This document shows positions 12,226-25,567 of a stretch of 64,000 bases of DNA, in pieces (the first letter of the stretch is position 1; each line of letters opens with the position of its first letter). Location of the stretch: positions 99,512,001 to 99,576,000 of the forward strand of contig NC_087472.1 of NCBI RefSeq assembly GCF_036321535.1, given 5' to 3'. Under the pieces are notes generated by a model. The model did no database searches, was not told the DNA's origin, and saw only the letters and a program-made list of their open reading frames with translations. A program made the position numbers and the translations under genes. The stretch comes from Camelus dromedarius (taxonomy: Eukaryota).

Positions 12226-14593
12226 TTTTAATTAGATACTTTAAACTTTACATTTCTTACATTATTACTTTTGGAATGATTTCTGTCATCTTATTTTAAG
12301 TCTTTTATTCTTTCCTTGTAGTTTGTTTTTTTCTTGTGCCATATGGATTGTTTTGTTTGAGGAGGTTATGAAATGCTGAAGAAAATTATGGAGCTGTAAA
12401 GACTTGGGTTTGAATCCTGCTTCTGCCATTCACTAATTAACTTTGCTGAGCCTTGGTTTCCTCATGTGAAATAGGGGTAATTATACCTGCCTCATGTGCT
12501 TAGGGTTGAATGTGATGCCTGTGTGAAGTACTATTCTTTGGCAGTTATTATCTTCTGCAGTGACTTGGACTGCATTATGTAAATACAATTCTTGGTTGTT
12601 GTATGGTTTTTCAAAGCATTCCAAAATTTAAATTTATTAGGTAATTACTAAAAACAGTGGTTTTTAAATATCCTTTTAGGAAAGACAGAATTTAGAATCT
12701 TAGTTTCGCCCTTCTTCCACTAACTCTTTTATTTTGAGTCCACATTAATTTAGCCTGAGGTTACAAATCTTACCTTTAACTTTCTGCAGTTTTATATTGT
12801 TTATATATTGATACCAATTATTTATTCTTCATTGTTGACCTTTTCTCTTTATTGGGGTTAATTATTTTATTCACTTATTTCTAGATATTAAGTTGGTGTC
12901 AATATACTTTACCAGTTCTTTACTACTTCAATATTCTTGAGTTCTTATTTTGATTCTCTTTCAATGGTCTAGGACATAACCTTTGAACAGTTTATGAAAA
13001 AAGATACTACCAGGATGGTGAAACTTGATAAGACTTGACAGAACTAAGAATAATTTTCTGTGACCTTTGTACATGAAAAACTAAGACAAAGCTGTAAAAT
13101 TCTTAGATCATAACTTTTTCCTTTTAACTCTCTGTAAGTCATTACTTCATTGTCTTCTGGCATTTTATTGTTGCAGAGGAGAAATCTGAGGTCAATCTGA
13201 TTTTAGTTCCTTTGAAAATAACCTATTTTTTTCTGCTTGTATGCTTGTAGGATTATATCTTTATCCTTGAAATTTAAAAACATTTGCCAGGACATGTCTT
13301 GGTGTTGATGATCTCTGTTGAACCTTCTCAGTCTCCAGTCTCAGGTATTTTTTTTCAGACCTGGAAAGTTTTCTTATACTTTTGATTGATTAAACTACTG
13401 TTTTTTTTTCTTTAGGAGCATCTGTTATTCATAGATTATTTCTACGTCTGTCCTCCATAGTTTTTTAATCTTCTCTTTCATTTTTTTTTTTTCATTTACT
13501 CAAGTTTGTCCTCCGTGGCATGGATTCTGTTTTCTGCAGTGTCAATTCTAATACTTGCTACTCACAATGCAGATTTAATTTTGGCTACTGTGTTTTCATT
13601 TCTTTATTCTTATCTCAACATATTCTTGTTTCATAAGCAGAATTCCCCTTAAGGGTACACTCCCCAAAAATGGGGAGGATTCAGGCCTAAAACATACCTA
13701 TTTTTTGAGGCCACAACCACAGGAAACCGTCAAAAAGAAAACAAGCTGCTGAAAGGTTCCTTTAAAATTTCATAATATAAATATAGCCGGAGGTTATTCC
13801 TACCCTAGTCTAGAAAACAGAATAGTCTTGAATACTAGCAAGGCTTTAGAAGAATAGCAAAGCAGGTATAAGGACACCTTAACTAGAAATAAATGAATTT
13901 TTCTAATTACATTGATTGTTCTTTCTCTTTATAAAAATAATATATAATAAAAATGCATACAATTTTGAAAATATAGTAGAAAGAAGAAAATCCTATGACC
14001 CAGGTAACTACTACTAAGATTTTTTATATGTTTTGCCAGTTACATGCACACATGTTGGGAGGGGGGTGCAAAATTGGGGTCATACTATTTAGTTTTGTAT
14101 CCTTTTTAATTTGATATATTGCCAGCATATTTTTGCATCATTAATTTTTCTTTGAGGCCCTAATTTTAACCATTGCATAGTATCCCTACATATGAGTAGA
14201 TGTATTATGATTTATTTAACGAGTCCCCTGTTGGTCATTTAGATTGTTTTCTATTTTTCAGTCTAATGAGTATGATGAATATCACTGTACATAAGTCTTT
14301 ATGCACATCTCTGATATTTCCTTAGGATAAATGAGGAGCTGATTCTTAATCCTGTCACATTGGTAAGGATTATATACATTCCTTATTAAGAATATTAAAT
14401 GCTTGTTTCTTATTGTTTCAATGTGATTGCATAGAAGATTCTTTGGATTCTGAACAATCTGATGGTATCTTACTGAAGTTTTAGAGAGGTTTCTGATGCC
14501 TCATCCTCAGCACCTTCATGGAAGTCCTATTGCATATGCTTTGGGCAGGAAAACCACTGCTGATACCAGGGAGTTTGGAAGGCAGATATACTT

Positions 14594-14647
14594 GTGGAAA
14601 CTTGAGAGTGGTTAAAAAAAGTGGAAACTTGACAGTGGTTAAAAAAA
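14594..14647. repeat. 27 bp tandem duplication
   Basis: gtggaaacttga(g/c)agtggttaaaaaaa x2, 26/27 identical. Confidence 0.9.
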
Positions 14648-16669
14648 ATAATTTTAAGAAAAAGGTTTGGTCCTTGCTCATTCTCACACCCTGGGTCTCC
14701 AAATTAATACACTAGTGCCCTGGTCCCATTCTTTTCCCCCTCCCTTCTTGTTATTTTAGGCTGTTGTCCTCTGTGAGGAATTCTTTTCTCCCAGTGTTCG
14801 TATGTCCGTTTCATTTCCAGGTAGTAGGATGTCAGTATGATATGTCCTTTTAAGTTCAAGGTAGCATTTATGAATCACAGATCATTTTTTTAGTCCTAGT
14901 GTACTTTTACAAGATAATCTTCTGCTGGACTCAACTCATTTTTTAAAATTTCTAAAAAATTTTTTTCAGAGGTATCAAACAGCAGCCTGTAAATGTGCAA
15001 GATTATAGCACACCATTACAGCAGAACAATCTGTTTAGTAGGGTTGCTTAAAATGAAAAAATTTTAAATTAATAAAATATTATTATTTTTAACATTTCAA
15101 ACTTTTCCTTTAAGTACTCGGGGATATTGTAGAAGTCTGGAAATCTAGGTTCATAATTATTGATTTGAATTGTTCATCCTCTTAAAAACCAGGGAGATTA
15201 TCTTAAGTGATAATTTTATACCAAAACATTAGAAGTTATTTTGGAAATAATTCCTGCCGAAATCCAAGCTAACAGTCTTCTTTATCTGATTTATTCTGCT
15301 GAGACCCATATTGTACGTTATCCTGATTTTTGACTTTTACACATTTCAGACTAACAGAGTAAAGCATGATTAGCATTTCCTAACCTTTTCCAGTATTTCA
15401 TATAATATTTGCATTTTACAGTCTGCCAAGCTCTGCAGTTTTTTGGCTGGAAGGCATTATGGTGGGATGAGAGAGGATAAATACATTTGCCTCACGTTTA
15501 AACTATTCTTTTTTGTCCGTACTCATTCTTTAGCCACATTGTATAAAAGTATACCACATATGTGAATGATCTCTTCCACCCTGCTTGGCAGGAAATTGGC
15601 TGTAGTAAGTGGTGAAACAGGTATCTCAACACTCTCCTGTACTTCTTCATTGCATTGCAACTTTAGAAACTAGCTGTAGACATGTTAATATTAAACAGTC
15701 AATCCAGGCCAAAGGGGATAGGCAGTAGCATTTACTGAGTATCTACTGTCCCTTGGTGAATCCTTTTAATTACAATTTTGTGATGTAGACACTATACGCA
15801 TCTTACAAATGAAGAAACTGAGGCTCAAAATGTTATGTAGCTTATCTAACGTCAGGAAACTACACCAATAGGTGACAGAGCTGGTGTTTAAACCTGATGT
15901 TAGTCAGATTCAGACCACATGCTTTTTCTATTTGTTTCTTAAAATTAGAGAAATAAATTTTCTTTTGTAATTGGCATTATTCCTTGAACTTCTGGAGCTA
16001 TTAAGTATTGCAATACTGAGTCAGACTGGTGGTCCATGTAACCTAATCTCTAATGAAACCAAGGATCATTTTTCAAAAGGGAAAATTCTTAGCTGTGGAG
16101 GTAACGTGATGCTCATTTCTAGTAAATAACATTTGAATCCTTGTTTTGGTGAAATGATACAAAAGTTTGTTGAAGTAAAGGTGCTTTTGGTGGTCAGTTT
16201 TGGTAAAGCTTCCCTGGTATGTAGGATAACACTGGCTTTATATTTTCCTGCTTTAAAAATTAAATTGTTCAAAACTTTAAATCTTTGCTAAACTCAGAAA
16301 GGAAGTAGATGTTTTTGCAGAAGATAGAGCATAAAATATCTTTTGATCATGTTTCACTTAACTTTTTTCTTAGATTGCTTTGTTAGTATATTACTTTTAA
16401 TTAGCAGGATGAAGAGTTCAGAAAAGAAAATATAAAATTTATGAATTACATGAAGCTGAAAATAGTGAGGGAAGCCGATTGACAGATTTGGAATCTAATC
16501 TATAGAGACTGTAGCAATGAATCAGAACTGGAAAAAGATGAATCAAAAATTTAAAATAGGGCTTTATTTATGAGACTACGTAACAAGTAGAGAATAGAAG
16601 ATGCAGGACTTAGCTGCAGTGTGAGGGAAGAAAACAAGGATTTAACCAACAGAAAACGGGAAAAAATAA

Positions 16670-16930
16670 AATGACTCAGCTGTGTGTTGTGGGCAATCCA
16701 AAAATGATGTATATGTGAACTGCATTAATATGAGTTTATTATCTAGGATAAGGGAGGTGATATGCCCTTTACTCTGCATTGGTCACATCAAGGTTGGAAT
16801 GTTAATTGCAAGCAATTCTGTTTACCACCCTTTAAGATGAATTAGATGCATGCTCAGAAAAGAAGATGGTCTCATCTTCTGTAAGGAATGTTTGAAGGAA
16901 CTGGAGTTACCTAGAAAAGGATAGACTTGG
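16670..16930 (+). mobile_element. L3/CR1 LINE fragment
   Basis: ctgcattaat...agggaggtgatatgccctttactctgcattggtca...accaccctttaaga...tttgaaggaactggag resembles the CR1/L3 ORF2 3' region. Confidence 0.65.
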
Positions 16931-17794
16931 GGTGGTTTATAGTCATAGCTGTAGATTTACTTCCTATGACTTTTCAAATAGAGTACAGGCAAATTAGTCA
17001 TCATATATTAGTAATCTTCTTAAAAGGAATTTGTGTTTGAGGCAAGTTACTATATAATGAAGAATATTATCTAGCAGCCAGTGCTTTTTCTGAGATAATG
17101 TAGTAGGCTGCCTGGTGAAGTAGTACTTTCTTGTCCTTACAGTGTTCAAATATAGGTGACAGTAAGATAGAAAGGATTTAAGCATATGGTGTATATTTGG
17201 AGCAGAAGACTTTTAAGATCCCTTATCAATTCTAAACTTTTTTTGATCCTAAGATTAAAAGGATGTTATATAGTATTATTTTATCTTCATGAAGCTACCT
17301 CACCTTAATAATAGTAATTTGCAGTGGTACAGCTTTTTACAGTTTAAAAAGTGTTTTCTTATGAATTGTTTGTTTTGAGCCTAATGGTAACCCTTTGAGT
17401 AGACAGGGTGAGTATCCCCATTTTGAGCACATGAAGTAATAGGGTAGGCTTATCAGTTACGATTTTAGTGTTGTTTTTACTATACCAGAAAGTAAGTTAC
17501 AAGCTGTGATTCTTACTTTGCATACAGTGAAAGTTGCAAGGAGCAGATTATTCTCAAATTACATTCCCATGGAATATATAATTGTAGCTCACGTTAAACC
17601 AAGGGTTCTAAAATCCAGATAATGAGGAACCATTGAGTAGATCTTTATTATAGGAAGAGATCACTGTGTACAATTAATGAGACAGTCTAGTTTGGGCTAC
17701 TAGATTAATGATGACACCATTCAGTAAAATAGCAAATACAAGAGAAGTAGCAGATCGGTGGGCCACAGAGCAAGTGATTGAATTTTGGCTATGA

Positions 17795-18030
17795 TTAAAA
17801 TAGCTAACATTGATAGTTTACTAAGTGACAGGTACTGCTCTTAGGGTTTTTATATATTAATCTCATTTAGTCTTCATAACTCTCTGAAGATAAGATTTTT
17901 AAATCTCCATTTTCCATATGAAGAAAGTAAAGCTTAGATAGTTTAAATAACTTGTCCAAGGCTTCATAATTAGTGTTAAGAGCAGAAATTTGAATCTAGG
18001 TGTCTGACTCCAAAGTCCTTGGTTCCTAAC
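17795..18030 (-). mobile_element. MIR SINE
   Basis: atctcatttagtcttcataac...tttaaataacttgtccaagg...atttgaatctaggtgtctgactccaaag. Confidence 0.8.
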
Positions 18031-18684
18031 AGCTAGTTTATGGTTTGTCTGGAATGTTTAGATAAAAATGATCAGTATTCAGTTGAATAAATGGTTGTGG
18101 CTTTTAAGAGAAAGGTGTATCCTAGGGTTACTTGAGACCTTACCGTACAAGTGGCCAATACTATAGCTTCTGAAAGTGTCTTAGGAAAATAGAGATTTTA
18201 TACCTGCCTCCCCCTTTTCTGCTTTTTGGCACAATTTCTGTGTTTTGTAACATTGTGTAGGCATTCCCTAACCTAGGAACATAATATGTGAATTTTTGAA
18301 AATGAAGGGTGCCCATTTTATGAGTCAGTAAACCCGTGAGATCCTCTAGGATGGATCTTTGGATGGGCCCCATGTTTCATAAACCTTTCATCTCCAGTTT
18401 GGTGCCTAGAACATAGCATGAATGAAATGAAATGAATGGATGAATGGATGAATGGATAAATAGAGGTAGGAAGAGTATTAAGAGGAGTTCAAATTCAGAG
18501 CAACTGCCACATGTGGGATATGGGATAAATGGGTGGGCTTCCTTTTATTTCCCAGTTGATAATCCTCCAAAGATAGTTAGCTTAGATCCTTGTACATTTG
18601 TTGAATTAACAAATGGTTAGGGGCATTTACTCCTCTTTCCAGTGAGGGAACTAGAGAAGACACTTTGTGTACCTGAGTTTTGAT

Positions 18685-19770
18685 TTTGTTTTGTTTTTAT
18701 TTACATAAATAATACATGGTCATTGTAGACATTGTAGACACATTAGAAAATTCAAATAAACAAAACAAACAGTTTAAATTGTCTAAAATTCTACCACCCA
18801 GAGATAGCCACTGTTAACATTTTGGTGTATATCCTTCCAGAGTTTTTCCCCATACAAATATATACATTAAAACATGTATATATTTATTTAAAATGGGATC
18901 ATTATAATCCATATTGTTTTGTAAACTGCTTTTTCACTTATTACATGTGACTGTCTTTCCATGTCAATAAATTTACATCTTTATCATCATTTTTAGTGAC
19001 TGCATAGTATTCCATTATATGGATGTACCATAATATATTTAACTAGTTCTCTATTGTTAGGAATTTAGGTTTCCAATTTGGAGTTCTTTTTGGAAAAAGT
19101 TATGGTGAGCATTCTTATATGTATATCTTTGCACACTTGTCCATTTTTTTAAAAAAAGAAATTGAAATGATGGGATGTTTCAAAGTTTTTTGTCTTTTTT
19201 TAAAAATACAGACTTAGATTGCCTTCCTGAAATGTTGTCCTGATTTACACTTTCCCCGGCAGTATATCCTGAGTGCTCTTTCCCATACCCATCTTAGCAC
19301 TGGGTATTATTTTTTCTGTAAATCATTACCAATTTGAAAGGCAAAGGTATCTTTCAGTTAAATGCATTTCTTTGATTAGTACTAAGGCTGAACTCTTTTT
19401 TCCCTTATTGCTCATTTCTGTTGAGGTTCATCGTTTTTTCTTACAGGTTTGTAAAACAAAGTTCTTTATGTATTGAGAATACCAACCCTTTGTCATATGT
19501 TGCTTTTTTTTTGTAATCAGTTTGTCTCTATCTTTTTTATGTCTGACAGAAGACGTTTTAAACTTTCATGGATTCAAATGTCTTTTTTTTTAATTTATGA
19601 TTCTATTCTCCTTACCCCATAAGTTTTATTCACCTATATTTTCTCCTAATATTTGTATAATTTTACTTTTTGACATTTAAATGTTTAATCCATCTGGAAT
19701 TTCTTTTGATCTAGAGATCTAGCTTTATTTTCCCCCAAATAATTAATCATTTGCCCTGATTAATTATCAA
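18685..19770 (-). mobile_element. L1ME-type 3' region, antisense
   Basis: accacccagagatagccactgttaacattttggtgtatatccttccag...gtattccattatatggatgtaccataat. Confidence 0.8.
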
Positions 19771-20062
19771 TGGAGTTGAAATTTAGAATGTATTTGCCTT
19801 AGAAAGTATTGTAAATGATGTTTGGTGAGGTTTAAATAAGACCATTGCAGTGCATTTAACTATTAAAATCAAGGGCTTACCTGGAAAGGTAGCCATTATT
19901 TATTATATCACCTCCATGGAAAAAAATGTTTTTATAGTTATAAATAATCAATATATGTATTAACTTTTGAAGCACAACATGTTGCAAATCGGCAACTGCA
20001 TACTTAAATGGTAGTTCTGTACTTAATTAGAATCCTTTAGGGGTAAAAATATTCCTACATGA

Positions 20063-20233
<171 letters not shown>

Positions 20234-21662
20234 TAAATCAGATACCTTAAAATTTAAATATTTGTATGTTTAAACTGAGCAAAGTAGTGATTTTACAGTA
20301 TTAGAAATTTGTTGATGCTCTCACATTAATTTTATCAAAATATCTTCTTGAATGTGCTAGTGACATTTTTAAAAACTGTTTGATGAGACTGATTTTAAGA
20401 GAAAGACAAAACAAACTACCTTGTTGAAAGTTTTTTTATTAGTAACTTAAAGCTTTTTTTAAAAAATCAAAGTAACTATAGATTTATTAGAGACATAAAT
20501 ATAAAGGTCATAACTTTACAGAAATATTTAACGTTGAAAATGATGAGTCAACATCTCTTCATCTCGGGTTTTGGGGGTTTTTTTAATTTTTTTTGGTTCT
20601 GTCCTGAATCCCCAGCACCTAGACCAGTGCCTGGCACATAATAGGCACTCATTAAATATTACATAAAGGAGTTAATAAATTATCTCCCCATGCAAGATAA
20701 CCATTGCTAGCAGCTCAGTTATTATCGTCATTTTGTTCTGCACATAAGACAATTATTGGTATTTACAAAATACATATATTCTGCAACCTGCTTTTTTTCA
20801 TGTAACATGTCTTGAGCATCTTTTTATGACAATGCATGTAGATGGGCCTCTTTTAAAATGGTTGCATAGTTTTCTATTATATGCATGTCTTGTACTTAAT
20901 ATAATTTTCCCCTATCTATTTTTGTGAACTTGTGTTTCAGTGGGATATAGTCTTAGAAAGAATGTTCTGGAACAGAGGATATGGACATTTAAATCTCAAT
21001 AGGCATTGCCAAATTGCCCTCCAAACCAAGGAGTTATAAAAATTTCATCATATGTGAATGTCTGTTTGACCATATATTCAGTACTGCATATTACCAGAAA
21101 TTATTTTTAATTTGAGCCATACTAAATAAATAATACAATCTTATTTCAACTTGCATCTCATTTGATTATTAGTGAGTATCCATGCATTATATTGGCCTTT
21201 ATATTTTTGTGTTTGCCCAGTTTTCTTTTGGGTTACTTATTATCTCCTTATTGTCTATATGATCTCTGTATATATTCTGGTTATTAACTCCATGGCTACA
21301 ATATATCGTGCAAATATTTTCTCCCTAGTTTTTGACACTGATTATGTTGTCTTTCACTGTGTATGTACAGAAGCATTTGTCTTTAAATTGTCAGTTCTGG
21401 CTTCTAGGTTTCATGTTTTAGTTAGAAAATCCTTCCCTGAACCAAGGTTATATCCTCTTACATTTTCATCTACCATTTTTATGGTTTTGTTTTTTACATT
21501 TACATCTGTGATCTACTTGGAATTTTAGTACCTGTTATGATGTAGAAATCTAACTTTTCTTTCGAAATAGGTAGCCTGTTGCCCTAATCTCTACTTACTG
21601 AATAAATAAAACCTTTTCATTCCCACTCATTTGAGATCCCTTTATCATGTATAGAATGGCCA

Positions 21663-22119
21663 GTATTAGTGTCCTAAGACTGCCCTAACAAAGTACCACA
21701 AGCTGGGTGGCTTAAAATGGCAGAAATTTATTCTCTCACAGTCTGGAAGACTAGGAGTTTGAAATCAAGGTGTTGACAGAGGCATGCTCTCTCTGAAGGT
21801 TCTGAGGAAGGCTCCTTCTTTGCCTCTTCCAGCTGCTGGTGTCTGTCAGCAGTCCTTGGCATTCCTTGTCTTATAGACACATCACTCCAATCTCTCCCTC
21901 CTTTATTACATGGCATTCTCCTTGTGTGTCTGTGTCCCAATTTCCCTCTTCTTATAAGGACACCAGTCATTGGATTAGGGCCCACCTTATTCCAGTATGA
22001 CTTCATCTTAACATTATCATGTCTGCAAAGACACTTTTTTAAAATAAGATCACATTCACAGGTACCAGAGATTAGAACTTGAACATATTTTTTTGGAGGA
22101 CACAATTCAACCCACAACA
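21663..22119 (-). mobile_element. MLT1C-like MaLR solo LTR within a decayed antisense L1
   Basis: taacaaagtaccacaagctgggtggcttaaaa...cagaaatttattctctcacagt...ggacaccagtcattggattagggcccacc...ggacacaattcaacccacaaca. Confidence 0.88.
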
Positions 22120-22689
22120 CCCCCTGAATGTTTTAACTTTACATACATTTTTAATTACTATACTTTTATGTTTTTTCTATGTGGCAAGGCAAGCCTTCCC
22201 ACCTTTGAAAATTGTACTCTTATTCGTCTTCTAGATGAACTTTAGAATCAGTTTATCAGACACTCCTGAAAATTTTAATCAGATTTTTATCTGAATTGCA
22301 TTAAATTTACTAATTAACATGAGGAAAACTATTTTAATAACATTGAGTCTCCATATCCAAGAACATTCATTTATTCTGATATTCTTTTATATCCTTTATC
22401 AAAATTTTATGGTTTCTTAATATGGTTTTATACATTTCTTAAGATAATTCATTGGTATTTTATAGTTTTTGTTATATTATAAGTAGTATTTCTTTTCTTC
22501 TGTGTCTTCCATCTGGTTATTGCTAGCATATAAAAAAAAAGTTTTCTGTTTCTGTATGCTTTTTAACATCTTAGGAAAGTTAACTTTTCAAAAATTCCAC
22601 AAACTGTCATGAACATTATGTCAGTTATGAAAGAGTGAGATGATTGACCTCTTTTTCTTAAAACCCTTCATACATTTTGTGCTTTCTTT

Positions 22690-23200
22690 AATTAAAGTCC
22701 AAACTATGCAGTGTGACCTACCAGATCCTGCATAATAAAAGGCCTTTGCATACATCTCCATATCATCTCTGGCCACACACCTCTACCCTCTACTAAAAGT
22801 CCAATCACTCAAATGTATTAGGTTTTCTTTTACTCCTGGGCCTTTATAGGTGATATGCCTTCTCCCAGAATTCTCTTCCCTTACTACTCCCCTCCAGTTA
22901 AGTCCTGATCATCCTTCAGGTCCAAGTTTTGGTATCACTCAACTGAGCTGTCTTCCTGATACAACTACCACTTTCATTTCTACCTTGAGTTGAGTGTTTT
23001 TCCTTTGTGCTGCCATAGCAGCCTACATGAACTCTAAATGACAACACCACACTAGATTCCATTGCTTTTTTCTTGTCTGTATTTCCTACTAAACTGTGAG
23101 CTACATGAGGCAGTGACCATGTCTGACTTATTCCTTGTTTTATATCCATATGTCTGGCACCTAGTACCCAGTAGGTGCTCCATCAGTGCTTGCTAATTAA
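22690..23200 (+). mobile_element. L2 LINE 3' region
   Basis: ctaaactgtgagctacatgagg...tctggcacctagtacccagtaggtgctc. Confidence 0.7.
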
Positions 23201-23842
23201 AGGGATGTGTGGATTAAGTCTTGGCTAGCACAGGGTGCTAGCCTTGGCATGGGGCCCAGAGCCCAAGGCTGCCTTCAGATTTGGTCTAGATTTCTGCACC
23301 TCCCAAACCATATGAGGCATTTTACTTCATTGGTCTGTAGTATATATTTATTAGTATCTAAGCAAATGTAAAAACAATCGGTAAGTGTTAATATTGATTT
23401 TTCTGCTACCAGCTGCCTTTTTTTCTTTAAAAAAAATTCCCTTGGAAGGAAAACCTTCAAATATTTGATTCTCTGTACTCTAAAATCATTTTCCATTGTG
23501 ATATTATACTTACATGGCTCATGCTTCCCCTCCAAGTACTCACAGCATTAGCAGCATTTGCATCTGAAAGAAAACTGCATTCTAGAGATAGGTTGAAAAG
23601 CTACAGACTTAGATATTACTAGTAATGTGTGTGAAGTTGTTGAGATCATTCCACATTACAGGAATTGGGTATAAGATAAAAGCCTAACATTTAATATTTC
23701 TTTAATGGTATTAAATCCAAAAGATTGTGAAATATATATTAGCCTTATACTTTTAAATTGTATTTGCCTTTAATGTACAATTAAAGGTTTTCATTTTGTC
23801 AATTACTGATCGTTTAAATAGTGAAAGTTAAGGTGTCACAGT

Positions 23843-24068
23843 AGCTAGTCTATTTTATGCATAACAAATTACCACAAACTTAGTAGCTTAAAGCAACATA
23901 CATTTATTATCTCACAGTTTCTGTGGGGCAGGAATCTAGACACAGCTTAAATGGGTTCTTGGTTCAGAGTCTCTCATAGACTGCACTCAAGGAGTTTGCC
24001 AGGGCTAGAGACTCATCTGAACCTTGACTGGAGAAGGATCTGCTTCCGGGCTCACATGTTTGTTAGCC
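23843..24068 (-). mobile_element. MLT1 (E/F/G-like) LTR fragment
   Basis: cataacaaattaccacaaacttagtagcttaaagcaacatacatttattatctcacagtttctgtggggcaggaatc. Confidence 0.8.
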
Positions 24069-24241
24069 CAGGTTCCTGACCCATAGAAACGACAAGACAC
24101 TGGCCATATGTATGGATCTTGTCAGCTGGTGGACTTTCTTTTAGGTTGGTTGGCCCCTTTTCTGTGGGCTAGAATGCAGAGTGTGATGATTAGCCAGTTT
24201 TGACCACAAGACTATAGAATGGGTAGAGAATAGCAAGAGGG

Positions 24242-24430
24242 AATAAAATAGATAAACAGGTTTAGACTGTATAGCACAGGGAACCATATTCGATATCTTG
24301 TAGTAGCTTACAGTGAAAAAGAATATGAAAATGAATATATGTAAATTCATGAATGACTGAAGCAATGTACTGTACACCAGAAGTTGACACAGCGTTGTAA
24401 ACTGACTATACTTCAATTAAAAAAAAAAAA
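24242..24430 (+). mobile_element. Lineage-specific L1 3' end inserted in an older MLT1H/J-like LTR (~24150-24600)
   Basis: ctgtatagcacagggaaccatattc...ttgtaaactgactatacttcaatt followed by poly(A). Short flanking repeat aagaggg at 24235-24241 and 24430-24436. Confidence 0.85.
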
Positions 24431-25053
24431 AGAGGGTAGAAAGCTGAATCCTTAATGACCTTATGATCTAGCGACACCTCTTCACTCTAACCTAGCCTCT
24501 TACCAGTGGACTGCTCCATAAGAGAAAAATAGACACTTATCTTGTTTGAGCCATTGCATTTTGGGGTCTTTTTATTATAGGAGTGTATTCTGCATTTCCG
24601 CTACATCTAATCATCCATTAACCAGGTAGTTAATGAATGTCTGTTAGGTGCCAAGAACCCTGCTAAGTTGTTTAGAGACACAAGAGCACATAAGGGAAAC
24701 TTGTAGTTTTAAAATGGCAAAATAGAGCTGTTTTTGTCCTCTTCTCCTCTGGGAAATTATCACCCAAAACAACAAGGAGAATAAGAAACAGAAATGTGGT
24801 CTTTGAAATTAGAAGACTTCTATTATTTGAACTATGATACATAAATATGAAAATCAGATAAGAGTCATAACAAGAGGAAGTTATAGGACCCGGGTGCTTG
24901 TGAGGAGTATATCAGCAGGAAGGAAGCTTTCTTCAGGGCCCCAAAGCCGCAGAAGGGCCCAAGAATGTCACCAAGCACTATGGAAAGTGGAGGTGTGGTA
25001 TGGGGTTGAAAGTCAAGATTAGTTGAGTGTCGACATTAAAAGCCTTCATTCTA

Positions 25054-25567
25054 TATACAGGGAAAATGACTCTAGAAAGCCACAAGGATGCTTTTGACTG
25101 AGATAAATGCCTCCCTCCCTGCCAGGAACTGGGTTCTGCAAATGATTGAAGGTGTCAGGGGAGGTAAGAAAGCTGGACAAAGCCTGGAATAAAGGAGCAG
25201 TGTGATTAAACAAACTCATGACACAGTGATGATGTTCCCGGAAGTTAATGCTGCCAGTTAAGAGAACGTGTTGAACATGTATTATAATGCATTAAAGCCT
25301 TACACAGTGACAGCCTGCGTGAGGGCTATGGACTAGCAGAGCTCATAAAGCTTATAGTTCGCTCCTTACTACTCACCACTACTTTGTACCTGCAGTTCAA
25401 GAAAGAGTCAGGAAAGAGCCTGTCTTTAGGCCATTTGGAGTGAAACACAGCCTCATCCTTCTTCATGCTCTCAGTCTATAAGAGGGTATTATCATTCTTT
25501 TCAAAAGAAAACATGTAAGTAGCTCCAAACTGAATAAACATAATTATCGAACGTGTTAAAAAAAAGA
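25054..25567 (+). pseudogene. Retroposed polyadenylated sequence of unknown source (processed 3' UTR fragment or orphan transduction)
   Basis: Perfect 16 bp TSD aaaagccttcattcta (25038-25053, 25568-25583), TT|AAAA target site, AATAAA at 25533-25538, A-tail from 25558. Confidence 0.8.

Noticed and set aside
21728..22120. 130 aa ORF, the longest in the track
   Set aside because: Lies entirely within an MLT1 LTR; chance ORF.
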